NCBI GenBank assembly: GCA_002245135.1
Contig: NGBS01000304.1
Coordinates: 186,001 to 223,684 of the forward strand
Origin: Proteromonas lacertae
Lineage: Eukaryota
Reading direction: 5' to 3'
DNA: 37,684 nt
Shown here: positions 24,942-37,684 of the stretch, in pieces
Layout of the letters: each line of letters begins with the position of its first letter
Position numbering within the stretch: position 1 is the stretch's first letter
The notes under the pieces: model-generated
Seen by the model: only the letters and a program-made list of their open reading frames with translations
What the model was told of the DNA's origin: nothing
Database searches by the model: none
Translations under genes and position numbers: made by a program

Positions 24942-27900
24942 TACTTCACCAATAAATGCAAATGGTTCTAATAAATCCACTAATAATTTCAAATCAGTAT
25001 CTTCTACTGATCCTAACATTTGATAGATTAATTGATTATTATCAATATACTATTTATAAATATAAATATAAATATAAATATAAATATACTTGTCTTGCTT
25101 TTCCACCTATACTTTTCAATGAAAAACTAGCCACTTCTCGTTTATCACCTTTTGAAGTTAAATTTTCTTCGATTATTAAATTGATTGAAAATAATTGGAA
25201 TATTACATATTGTAAACATTCTCTAGGATTTCTCCCACTTATCATTTCATTCAACATCTTTCGATCAGCGATTCCTTCTAAACACATCTTTTCAGTTTTA
25301 TAATATGCTTTGTGTCTTTCATCATATACACTCAATGTAAATGGACCACATACAAATAATAACGTTGAATTTTCAGTTGAAGCAACCAATGAATTACTTC
25401 CATAAGAAGAGAAATGAATATTGAAACTTTTAAATTCAGATGTTAAATGAGTTTGGATTTTTAAAGGTAATTCTACATTCACTTTCACTGTTGAAATGCG
25501 AGCAATAAACGAAATACTTGGAAATGAGGGAGAATTGAAATTAAGGGTTGTATTTGTTATGGAACTAGAATAACGACGATCTTTTAGAGCATTATTATTG
25601 TTCAATGAACTATTTTTAAGTGAGGAATCATGTAAGTGTTTACTATTTTCAGTACTTTGAATTATTCCTTGTAGTTTAGCTGCTTCTCTAGTCCATTCTT
25701 TTAAGAAATGAGAAAATTGTTCAGTTTTAGAGAAATCGATTGTGTTTTCGATTGATAAGATTTGAAAGATTGCTGTTATTAAAGAGATATCTAATTGTTG
25801 ATAAGAATATCCATAAGAACATTGAATTTGGAAACTGGTAAATACAGAATGACAAATCGAAGAAGCAATATCAATTCTGGGAATGGCTATTGATACTGAA
25901 TGTAAGTAAATATCAGGAACTACTTGTTCTGAAATTACTTCTAAATAAGTTGTCATTTCTGTTGAATATATTACTTCAATTGGATTATTTATTGATAGTG
26001 TAACTTGTTCTGTTTGAATCTTATCAGATTTGACATTATTATTATTATTACTTTCTCTTGATTTTGTCATTATGGTTATTGTAACTGGTAATAATTGAAA
26101 ACAAATTACTAATGATGGAGGTTTATGTAAAGAATTATTTGGTGAAGATGATGCTCGAGGTTTAATAAAATGTTCTTCTTCTTCCTCTTTTTCTTCTTTT
26201 TCTTCTTTTTCTTTACTTATTAGTCTATAATCTGGTGATCGATTATCATCCATCATTAGATCTTCAAAATCATCTTGTTTCTTATTCTTTGATTGATATT
26301 CACTCATTGCCAAGTTCAGCACTGTTAATAACAATGGAGTAAATGTCATATTTGGTATATTTACATTCACTGATACATAAATATCATTTGTTATATATTT
26401 ATAAGTATCATTACAACTCATATAGTGATCATTTAACATTATTCGAGTATCTATTCGTGGTAATGGGATTTCTACATTATCATAAGATGCTCTGATTTTT
26501 ACTCTACTTTTATTATCACTTGCTTCACCGATTGTGATTTGGATATCATAACGATTATTATATTCGTTAGTTTCAGTTGAATTGTTATTTGTATTAGATG
26601 TATTACTATTGTCTTTTTCTTGTTATTATTATTATTATTATGTTGTTGTTGTTGTTGTTTGAATAAATCTTTCTTTTCTATTGTTAATTCAGTATCTTTT
26701 ATACTAAATACATCAGGTAATTTGAACAACAATATCACATTCTCAGGTTCGAATTCTGCTTGAATTTGATCTATATTTCCTTTCAATTGAATGGCTCTAT
26801 CATTTGAATTATTAATCTCATCATAAAATCCAGAAGTTATTAAAAATACAGATTCTATTTTTTCTAAAGTTAAGAAATTAGTTTTTGAATGATGATTATT
26901 ATTCCAATAAGGTAATTGCTCAATACTAGAACTATTTAATATTATCGAAGCTTTCAAACTATTCATTGATATCTTTCCAACATTAATAGAATCAGATTTT
27001 CGAATATAATCATGATTATTACTAAAATCAATTGAATTTCTTCTTCCAAATGTTGAACCAACTTCAGGCTGATTTCTTAAGTATAATTCTACAGTATTAT
27101 CAATTTTTATTCTCATTTTTACTTCATCCCAAGTAACTAACATTGAATTGTGTTGAGCATTCTCTTCATTCGGTGAAAATAATGGAATAATTCCATTAAT
27201 TTGTGAGATAGTAAAACAAATGATATGTTCTGCATTATCTCTCATTATTTGCTGTCTTACATCTTCAATGTGATTGATAAATAATGCTTTCTTTTTATCT
27301 GCATCTTTTATTACACTTAATCTAGTCCATTTTTGGATTTCTTCCATATATTGTTTCAATACTCTTGAACCTACGGTTAAAGCACCATGTCGTAATTTGA
27401 AATGGGGATTTTCGATTGTGGCTTGGATTTGATAACCTGGGGGTGAAGAAATTTTGGGAACAAATTGACCCCTTATTCCTAACTTGATGGTTTGAACTCC
27501 AAAATCCCATAATAAGGAATCATTATTATCGATCATTGTGTTTTTGAAATCACTTATTGTTATCGCTCCTTTATAGATTTCATCTTCATCTGCATTTAAT
27601 TGAACTAATATATTACTTATATTAAACTTAAACTGTTCTCGCTTATTTCCACAAAGTGTTAAATTTACACCATCCTGTTGTATTACTATTTTAACTATTG
27701 GTTTAGCTTCTATTACATTTAATGAAGCGGCATTCTTTTCTGTACTAGTTTCACTCTTATCTTCAAGGAAATCTAACTCAGGAGTATCTGGAGATTGAGA
27801 TGAGCTGGATAATGATGGTAATCTTAATAACACTAATAATATTTGATTTAATATATCTGGACTTAGACGATTAGAGATTTTACCAATTACACAGTTACAA

Positions 27901-30787
27901 TGTATTTCAATGATTTTACTATTACTTAATTTTCCATTTACAGCTAACCACCAAACGAATAATTCTTGTTTCTTTATTGTATCTGCACTACTACTACCTG
28001 TAAATCTTGTGGAAGATCCTTGTTTTCTTTTATTTGCATTGAATGTAACATCATGTGATTTGACTTGAGATTTGAAATTGATTTTTATATTTTCTATATA
28101 AGTGATTGATGAGAATAAACTATCTCCTTGATATAGTATTTCCACATCTTCCAATGGAATTAAATTGATTTTCATTTTGGGAGTAACAAGTGATAAATCT
28201 AAATGAAGTGGTTGTTTATAACTATCATCTCTTTGTTGTTGCTGTTGCTGTTGTTGCTGTTGTTGTTGTTGAAGTAATTGTTGTTGTTGTTGTTGTATTA
28301 ATAATTGTTCATTTGTTGTTATAGATGAAGATATATTCGTTGTATTTGTACTATTTGCATTATTTGTTGAAGAGGATGATGGAACTAACATCATAATTGC
28401 CTGTTTCCACTTTTGATAGAAATCTATTACTTTCTCATGTGAAATACAGTAGAATGGAAGTGTAATGAATGGCGAATGAGTGATATGAACAGTAACTTTG
28501 TTAATAGGTGATTGATTTTGTAATATTAATGAAAACTATAAATATATATATAAATAATAAATTAATAATAATAATAATAATATATACATCATGAATAATA
28601 TAACTTGGATTAGTCTTTGTTCTAGTTTTATTATTCTTATTGAAATTCAAAAACTCAATAATTATATAATCAAACTGTCCTGTTAATGCTTTACAACTTA
28701 CTTTAATATCACCAACTGCTGGAAATCTAAACGAGGATCTTGGACCAACATTTGGGAAAGGACTGCCATTTAGTTTAAATCCTCTTGTTGTAGTAGGAAT
28801 ATCTGTATATAAGAATATACCTTTTGAAAAACCAAAATTCATTTTTCCTTTTTCTCCAATTTTGAAAACAATTTCCAGTAAACTCACATCTATTTCAACT
28901 GATACATTTTTTCTTTTATTATGTTATTATCTGTTGCTGCTACAGCTGCAGGTGGTGTTGAGGGTGTTTTATCCAATTTCTTTTCTTCATTCTTTGTATA
29001 TCTTTTCTTTTTACTATTTACCAATTTCTTTAGGAAATTAAACAGTTCTTTACTTGGATTTCTTATTCTTTTCTTTGTATACAAAGCTGGTAAGAATGTT
29101 TTTATAGATTGAATAAATGATAATATTTCTACATCAATCTTAATATTCATTTCTCCATAAATCGTTTTCCCTATACAGTTCACTTTATTAGAGAAATGTT
29201 GAATAATTAAATCCAAAGAAGGATCTTTCCATTCAATACTAGCTGATGTATTGACAATCTCTTTCTTTATTGGATTTACTTTAATAATACACAAATTCAA
29301 ATTATCTAATCTCAATCGATAGTGAGTATCTACATTTGGTTTAGAAATTGTGATTTTGGGTATCATTGGATCAGTTAGTTCTTGATATAATATTCTATAG
29401 AATAATTCCTCTGTAATTGCTTTGTTTTTATTCACTATATTGTTGGATGTTTTAATTCCTAATCTACTGCTTGATAATAAGGTAATTAGAGATTTTAAAT
29501 GTATATAATCACAGTATTGTATTAACTGTCTTGTTTTTAAAATTACATATAAACCTGGCAATGGATGAGAATGAGGAAAAGTTCGATGTGGGATTGTATC
29601 AGATCGTGAATGGGTTTGGCTTGAACTAATTATTGAAGGTTTTTGTTTTAATAGATCTTGGCAGTTTTCTAGTAAATACCTTCTTACTTCATTCCATCCA
29701 TTATCCCATATTTCATATATGGAGGAATATAGTTCATATAATTGAGATATCTCTTCTTTCCAAAATACTACTGTTGGTTCTAATGTAACAAAAAAATCTT
29801 GTGATAGCTTCAATTGTATATCATTTACTGTACAGGTTAAGAATTTCGTTACTTCACTCTCATTTAAGTTAATTATAGGTGTTGCATCAAAGGCTTGATT
29901 TCTCAAGCCTGGTAATACTGGTGATGGCACAGGAGAACCATCTGATTTATCTGTATCGAAATGAGGAATTAACATTGGAGTGTTTGTTAAATCAGGAAGA
30001 TCATCCTGTTGTTGTTGTTGTTGTTGTTGTTTCTCAGGTGAAAATAAACCACCATTCAATCCAAAATTATTCAAATTCACATTACCTCCAACATTTGTTA
30101 TATGTTTTGTATTATCATATGATAAAACTCCATTAATTTCTTGAATCCAAAGTGAAAAATATACTGAAGGAATAGATCTTTGTACTGATGGTATACTTAT
30201 AGGTAAAAGTGAAGAGATTTCTCTTAATTCAAGATCAGATTCAATACCATATTCTAATAGCAGAGTATCCAATGAAATGTTGTGTAAATACAATAAACCA
30301 TCTTTAGAAGGATGTACTACAGATGAATACAATACATTTTGTACTGTAATTTCAGTTATACATACACCCAAGTCTTTATTGTTGTTATTGTTGAAAGACA
30401 ATTCATTTAAAGCAGTAACATGAGCTTTAGGAATAGATAATAAATAATGACTTCGTGTATGAAATGATAATGGATTTGTACCATAACTAGAAGGAAATGA
30501 AAGTGGGAATTTCGCATATACTAATTCCCAATCGTCAATTAAAGAATCTAATGTTAGTTGGGTTGGTTTTAAATCAACAAATATATATTGAATAGCTTGA
30601 ATTGCTGGTGATGCGAAGAATACGGCTAATTCATCGATTATTTCTATTTTTATGATCGAATCTGGACTTGGATCATCAATTGTGTATTTCTCTGCAACAC
30701 TTTTTTTAATCTCTTCAGAGTTTGATAAATAGATTTTTAATCTCTTTTTTAAAGTTTCCTTTCTTTCTTTAGCTATTTTACTATTGC

Positions 30788-30818
<31 letters not shown>

Positions 30819-31562
30819 TCCTAATAATCCAATACCACTAGTTGAAACTCCTAAATTACCATCAACAAATGTTAGATGTTTTGGTCTTTTCTTTTTCTTC
30901 TTTTCTTTTTCATATTCTGGTGATATGGGAGGTAATACACATGGAGGATGTGTACTGCTGATATCTAATTGAATAGAATTAGATCTAGGTAAAGCTGGTT
31001 CTTTAGATGATTTTAATCTATTTAAGAATATAAGTGGATAACTGAAATAAGTAGCCGTTGGATCATATTTTGTAGTTGATCCATTTTCAGATTGTAGTGA
31101 AGGTGATATTACTAAAATTGGCTTTGGCTGTTGAATATAATTAGAATTATCTCTTGGAGTATTTAATTCAGAATTATTATTATTTAAATTGATCTTTTTA
31201 TTAGATTGTTGTTGTTGATTGCTATTGTTATTTTTTATATTATCTGATTGTAATAAATTCACATCTTCTGGATCAATACTTTGACAATCATAGAAATCGG
31301 CACTACTACTTCTACTGATAAAACTATTTCTCATCACTTTAGAGTTATTTCTACTGGAACTTCCTGCAGTTACAAAACTACTTGAATCATTCATACTACT
31401 AGTAGAAACATTCTTTTCTATAGTTGGTACAGTATTATTATTACTATTCAATTCATTCTTTTTATTGAACATATTTTTATCAATGTTATTATTATTATTA
31501 TTGGCAGGATTATCATTTATATTGTAATTATCTATATAAAAGTTATTATTTTCTAAATCACT

Positions 31563-31596
<34 letters not shown>

Positions 31597-34500
31597 CCAG
31601 GATAAGGATTTAAGAAATGATAATATTGTTGTAATGCATTTCTATACAATTCGTCTTTATCATTCGATTTACGACTTAATGATGGGAAATATGGATCAAT
31701 ACAGGACTGATCAGTGATTTGAATCTGTCGAGCTTCATCTTGTGTTTTGAGGAATGATCTTTGTATTTCACTCATTACTTCATCTTCATGGTTATTATTA
31801 TATATTGATACTGTTAAAGATGTATTTATTGAAGCTGATTCTTTCCAATATGTTTTACTATTTTTATCATTATCACTTTCTTTACACCTTGTTAAGATTT
31901 TAACTTTCAAATTATCCAATTTCATTTGCTGTTTTCCTTCAAATATAGGACATTTCAACGTACTAGTTTCATAAGAGATTGGATCTAAAATAGCAATAGA
32001 TATAATTGCATTATTATCATTATTTCTTATCTCTAAATGGATATTATCTATTTCTATTAAGTTTTCATGATCACCAAACATTTGTGTCATTCCTTCCACT
32101 ATAATCTCCGCATCATCAGGTGCAAAAGGGACTTTACCGTAATTACTTGCTATATCTTTAGCTGTTTTCCATTCTTTATCATTAAATATATGAGATGGTT
32201 GTATAAATGGTGGAACATTTTCTCTTTCAGTGAATTGAATATATCCTATAGATAATGCTATATCTCCTTGATTTGATTTACTACTAAACACTTCACCTGT
32301 ATAATAAGGAGGACTATAAGAAAACGAATAGTTTTTTAATGTTTTTGTACTTTCATTCATTTCGTGGAAATCATAGTGTAATATTCCTATTACAATATCA
32401 ATTGTATTAGTTAATTTTGCATGTAAAAGAACAGTTAATGGTGATTCATTAAATACATATGGTTTTTCTTTATAATCAAATGAATAAGTTAATGTTTTAT
32501 ACTCATTTCCTGGATTTGATATATAGGAATTACCATTATACTGAATTTCAATATAAATTGAACTAATCTCTTTAATAAAAGGATTATCACTTCTTTAATT
32601 TCACATATCTTATACAAATATCTAAATAACCATTCGGAAATATTCCTTGTTTATTAAAGATATTATTATATAAAATTATCTCACTTGCATGATATAATGT
32701 CATAATATTCTGTAAAGACAAACTTCCATGTATTTCACCCAAATGAATCTTTGATGTAGTTGCATAAGTTACTGAAGGTGCTATACCCCATACAGTACTT
32801 AGAGAATAAGAGTAATAAGTAAATCCTTCGATTCTTAAGACCTCTATAACTGGGTAATGATCTTGAATTACTTTCATTTGGCGCACTGAATATATGGATT
32901 GGATCCATTTCAAATACACTCTTTGTATTGACTGGATATTGCTTTAGAGATGGTATATCCATTGATATTGGTGAGATATCGACATTTATTTCACTATTAG
33001 TTGGTAGTGGAGTGAATACATAAATCTAATGTATTTGATTTCACTACGATTGAATAGGATTCTTCACTATCGTATTTGCATGGGGTTAAACGTGCTTTTG
33101 GATGTAATTCTAAGGGGATTACTAGTTGGAGTGGAGAAATGTTGAGTATTATCATTGTATCACTTTCATTTTGAGTTATTGGGAATGGAGTACCACCTTC
33201 ATTAGTGTAGAATCTTCTTTCTATTGATAATATAAATATAAAATAGGAGAATATTTATTAAAAAAATGTAAATTAATTTACATTTGTATAAAATAAAATA
33301 AAAAGAAAAATAAATATACTGATCCATCTTGCTTTTAAATTTCTATAATCCCACAATCTATATTCATAATTCGTAATACTATAAGAGGTAGCACCAGCAT
33401 AATTTGACATTAAATTCATTAATCCATCAATAGTATCAGGAATAAACATATACTTTTGGATCTATTATATTAATAGCTATATTCATATTATCCTTTTGTT
33501 TCTATTTTTAATAAATAAAGAAATAAAATATTATATACACATCCTGGAGCAACATTTTGAGCATTTAAAAAACTAATATTTGTCATTTTCCCTTCAATAT
33601 TAATCGAATGACATTCCATTATTTCATTCAATGATTCTTTATTCATATCAGAACCATTCATTAATTGAGATAATGGATGAGAAATTGGATGTGATATATA
33701 AGCTACAACTTTTCTAGATAAATCCTTCTTTTCTCCACCATTCATTCTTACACTAAATACTTTAATAGATTCTCTTTCATGATAATGTAATGAAGGATTA
33801 TCAAAACTAACCTCTACATTGGGAATATTAAATGAGATTGTATTATTATATATAATATCAGGAAATACATCAATTATATTATCTTTATTAACATATGTGA
33901 CTAAAGTCGAATCATTCAAATGTAAATCGAAATGCATTGTGGATGGAACAAATACTCTTAAATCTGGATATTCATTATTACCCCAATCACTAAATAAATC
34001 AGTTAAATGATTCATATATTCATATAAGAAATAGATCTTAGGTGATTGTAAATTGACACTTACATTTGTTTTACTCAAACCATTCCATTTGATTGGATAG
34101 TTCATTGACACTTGTATTGAGTTTGGATGTTCTACTGATAGTAATTGATCATCATCTGTTACATTATCTGCTTGTGGTATTTCAATGAAGGACATATTCT
34201 TTCTACCAACTGATATATCTGCTCCATTTAATATAAATGATATTTCAGTTGTTGTACCTTCTTGAGAAGTACATATCCATGGGATAGTTATCTTTGAATA
34301 ACTGCCTGATTGGATATTGAGTGTAATATATTCGCTTTGACGTTTTACTGATTGTGCATCACCATTTGGACCTTTATACTCGTAGTTACACCTCTCAATA
34401 TTGTCATCGTACTTACTCATGTTGCGAAGTGTACCTTTTGATCTATAGAATAATCTGACTTGACTACATGTGATAAAATCTATTCTTATATTCATATTTT

Positions 34501-36143
34501 GATAAGTTCTTGGTTTGCTCTCATTAAATACAAACATTTTTTGATCAGTGTAAGAGGCAGGGAAGAAATATTTCTGAACTGCATTTCTCTGACGATCCAT
34601 CCATGGTCCATATGTTATAATAGGAGGAGGGCAATTACATAAGTTCTATTCAAATAAATAAAAATATATTCGTTTTATAATAAAAAATAGATTCGTTTCG
34701 TAATTATAAAAAATAAACATACGGGATGTTGTCTGTGATATAAACAACCAATTGTAACTTGCACTCCTTGCTGTAAAAAGGCAGATGAATCTAAGATAGG
34801 ATATTTCGAGTCTTTCTTTGTTCTAGCAGTATCCCAGAAGTAAAACACAGTAATCAATGAGGACTGTAGAAATGGAGGTTCTGTAGTGTTATTCTTAGAA
34901 TTATCTGCATTTTTATTCTTTCTATATAAATTATATTAAAATTATAATCATTCAATATATATATGTATATATACTTTCTTCTACTACGGGTAGTTTTATT
35001 ATTCTCATTCCCATACATATTATTCATATTTCCATTCACATTATTCTTCTTCTTACTTTCATAATGTTCATCCTCTTTTGATTTACTTCTAAAGAATCTA
35101 TCACAATAATCCAACGTTTCATCTTTACGAATTTCCAAATGCATATCTAACGGCTTTATTTTTGATTCGTCCAATCGAAATGCAGGATTCTTAAAGAAAT
35201 TACATTCTGTATGATGTAATTCTACTCTAATTACAGTTCGATATGTAGCAATTGGTTCAATGTGTTTTGGTGGTGTTTTTATAGTGGTTAAACAGATACA
35301 ACGTAAGAAATAAAATGAAAAAAATGTCGGCAAATGTGTACCACCAACTGATAAACATCCGTTATGAATAATTATTCGAGTAATTGGAAAGTAAGTGTAA
35401 AATAATGGTGGAGAATCTTCGTACACTATATCTTCTTCATCATTATTACTGTTATTATTATTATTATTATCAGGAGATTGTGCAGTACTATTATTATTAT
35501 TATTATTATTTCGGCGATTACTGTTATTATTTGAATTTGATGTTGAATTGAAGAAATCTGATACTCTTTCTTTCTTACTTCTTTCTTCTCTTTTCATCAT
35601 TAAATTTAACTATTTTTTTATTATAAAATATTAAATATATAAATATATACTAATTCACTATATTTTGACGTATTATTATACACCAATACATCTAATCCAG
35701 TTAGATGAACTGTTAATGAGATTTTGTCTTTGCTTTCCCATAGATGGAAGAATAAACAACCTTCTAATAAAAAGGCAGATAAATCGTGTGATGTGTATCT
35801 CACCTCTGTTACTGCAAATTTTAGACCTAAAATTGAAAATGACACATTTCCGATTTGTATGTCACTATCTGGATGGTTTTTAATATTATAAACGTATTCT
35901 AAAACCCATGCCATTGTTTTAGGAACGTAAAATGCGTTAAAAAACTCAACTTCAAAAATTAAACAAAAAAGATATAAATGTGAAGTACCAAATCAATGCT
36001 ATTCCTAATAATAATATAAGTATTCCAAATCCGAAGGGTGAATCCCAATTGTCATACAAGAATAGTAAGAATTGATTAAACACAGCATCCACACTATATG
36101 AAGAATAAATTATTTATAAATACTCTGAATCAACTATAACCAT
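23854..36143 (-). CDS. BLTP1: Bridge-like lipid transfer protein 1 homologue (BLTP1/KIAA1109/Tweek/Csf1/LPD-3), ~3,900 aa, multi-exon; 5' junction near 35950 unresolved
   Basis: Family motifs: N-terminal TM, then IQIGNVSFSILG..VRY..EG..FHLW..LTGLDVLVYNNTSKY; ITYGPWMDRQRNAVQKYFFPASY (~34620-34550); TY..KIHLGEIHGSL; C-terminal FILDPQISVLGESTP..IPQYIE. In-frame introns: 36094-36123, 35610-35650, 34922-34974, 34646-34722, 33462-33538, 33221-33319, 28536-28587, 25050-25089, 24870-24939, 24512-24545. Frameshifts at ~33006, ~32890, ~32592, ~28910 and ~26622. Confidence 0.9.
24901..24938. repeat. (TA)n microsatellite inside BLTP1 intron 24870-24939
   Basis: Uninterrupted TA run seen directly. Confidence 0.95.
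28233..28295 (-). repeat. CAA/CAG trinucleotide repeat encoding poly-Gln in BLTP1
   Basis: (tgt/tgc)n on the + strand; translation QQQQQQLLQQQQQQQQQQQQQ. Confidence 0.95.
31563..31596 (-). repeat. (GAT)n repeat encoding poly-Asp in BLTP1
   Basis: (tca)n on the + strand; translation GDDDDDDDDDDDS. Confidence 0.95.
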
Positions 36144-36355
36144 ATTTAAATTATTTCTATATCACTTGGATTAAGTAATATTCAAAAAAGAAGATTAAAA
36201 ACGACTATATATTTTTAGATGATGTTTGAGTGAAATAAACAGTAAATTTAATGAGTTTACCAATTAGGAACAAATATGAGATTTACTCAGCAGATAAATG
36301 GGGATTAGATCCCTCTCTATCATGTAATTTAGACTATATACTCTGATAGACTAAT

Positions 36356-36870
36356 ATGAAGATGCTTATATCAATGATAAATAAATTAACAGAACTTTCA
36401 GATATTCCACACATATATTTCTATAAGGAATCATCAAGTCTCGAAAGTTACTTTAGTAGGGTTTATTAGTTCACTTGTAGAGTATGAAACATTTTGTATA
36501 CTTCTCATGAATATATTTCAGTATCTATGTCATTATGTGATAGCTCAGGAACAATTACGTGTAATTTGATGAAAGAAACAGAAAGTGAGGTAAAAATATA
36601 TCCAAAAATACAACTAGGAGAGATGTATAGATTAAAGGATTATAAAATATTCAGAATATAACAAAAAAGAGAAATCAACATCTCTCACATAGAGTTGTGT
36701 AAAGATGTAAATATTGAAAATTGAACATATATTAAAAGTGATAAATACACTAAAACTTATTACGATATTCCATTTATATCAGCAAATGAACAAAACACAG
36801 ATACATCTCAAAACTATAAGAAAATAATGGAAGAAATGAAAAATATAATATTTGAGTTATTGTTATAGGA
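36356..36870 (+). pseudogene. Degenerate OB-fold (RPA70 DBD-A-like) coding remnant
   Basis: One frame reads ..Y*FTCRV*NILYTSHEYISVSMSLCDSSGTITCNLMKETESEVKIYPKIQLGEMYRLKDYKIFRI*QKREINISHIELCKDVNIEN*... This resembles the RPA70 pattern I.aRV...fs.dL.DeSGeI.at.f.....fy..ie.GkvY.is......ei.l...t.ie. In-frame stops at 36467, 36485, 36659 and 36722. Confidence 0.5.
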
Positions 36871-37684
36871 ATAATACAAATGTAATTGATTCTAATAACA
36901 ATGAAATAATAGAAGTATATATATATATATATATATAAATAGTGTATAAGAAGAATTAGAAGAATAGAAAATATTTCTGAGATTCACAGACTGGTAGTTA
37001 ATTATTTAAATCAATTAACAAAATATAAGTTTCTAGAATATGATAGCAACAATAATAGTTATATATTTACCTATTATTATTTAATAAATTACATATATGA
37101 TGTTTTTAAAGCAGAAAAAAGTATTCTTAGTTATAGTATATATATATATATATAGGATTAATAAGTGATATAATAGTAGAAAATGTATGTAAAAAATATA
37201 CAATACCTAAAAATGATAGTGTTTGTTACTGTAATATATTACTTTCTGTGTTTATGAATTATGGTATAATTTTTATGGGTGGAGATAATGAATATAGTTT
37301 AGTTGAATAGAATATCATATTTTATTGAATAGAATATATCATTCTATAAAAGACCGAATTAACAGACGGTTGATGAGTTTTTACTATTCTTGTAATTAGA
37401 TTTATTTATACTTTCCAATGATTAATACTATTACGTTATATATTCTATACATGTATTTTATTGTATTTCTATATTTTTACACTTACAATCATTTTAAGTA
37501 AATTGATGTGATGTCAGTACTATCTATGCTACTTAATTAAACTTCTGATAATGTTAGAAACATTTATAGAGGCGCTTTTAGTCAAATTTGTCTGTGTCAG
37601 GTTAAATTGAATAATAAAAGGAAATATCAATAAATATTTGTTAAAAAGTGAAAATAGAAGAGCAATATGATAATTGATATTAGT

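Noticed and set aside
1189..35883. Short 60-115-aa ORFs antisense or out of frame to the main genes (e.g. 1189, 6263, 7570, 16745, 21346, 21434, 24568, 24956, 28921, 29879, 30784, 35665)
   Set aside because: They are shadows of real coding sequence or low-complexity repeats, with no independent support.
37290..37340. Short direct repeat TTGAATAGAATAT (two copies)
   Set aside because: Only two short AT-rich copies with no associated structure.

Overview
Very AT-rich, gene-dense eukaryotic DNA using the standard code, with very short GT-AG introns (28-99 nt, mostly 28-41, GTAT donors). These short introns plus expanded bacterial-type 'putative Ig' (He_PIG-like) surface proteins suggest a Blastocystis/Proteromonas-like gut stramenopile (inference). 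Five genes can be reconstructed. (1) An intronless giant surface protein of >4,690 aa (- strand, 14093 to beyond position 1), built from Ig-like, PA14, jelly-roll, F5/8-like and about 12 HRM-like Cys modules. (2) An orphan class-C-GPCR-like 7TM protein with almost no ectodomain. (3) A ~1105-aa type I membrane protein: novel N-terminal domain, mucin stalk, Ig-Ig-HRM-SEA-like-TM. (4) A 9-exon, ~1200-aa GPI-type protein made of an unrecognised ~165-aa repeat, with all introns in phase 1 and a perfect 548-bp tandem duplication. (5) A ~3,900-aa BLTP1/KIAA1109/Csf1 bridge-like lipid transfer protein. A stop-riddled RPA70-like OB-fold remnant lies at the right end. At least ten single-base frameshifts across three genes are most likely assembly errors. 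The most interesting candidate system is the tight co-oriented trio of two HRM/Ig/SEA-like adhesins around an ectodomain-less 7TM receptor.
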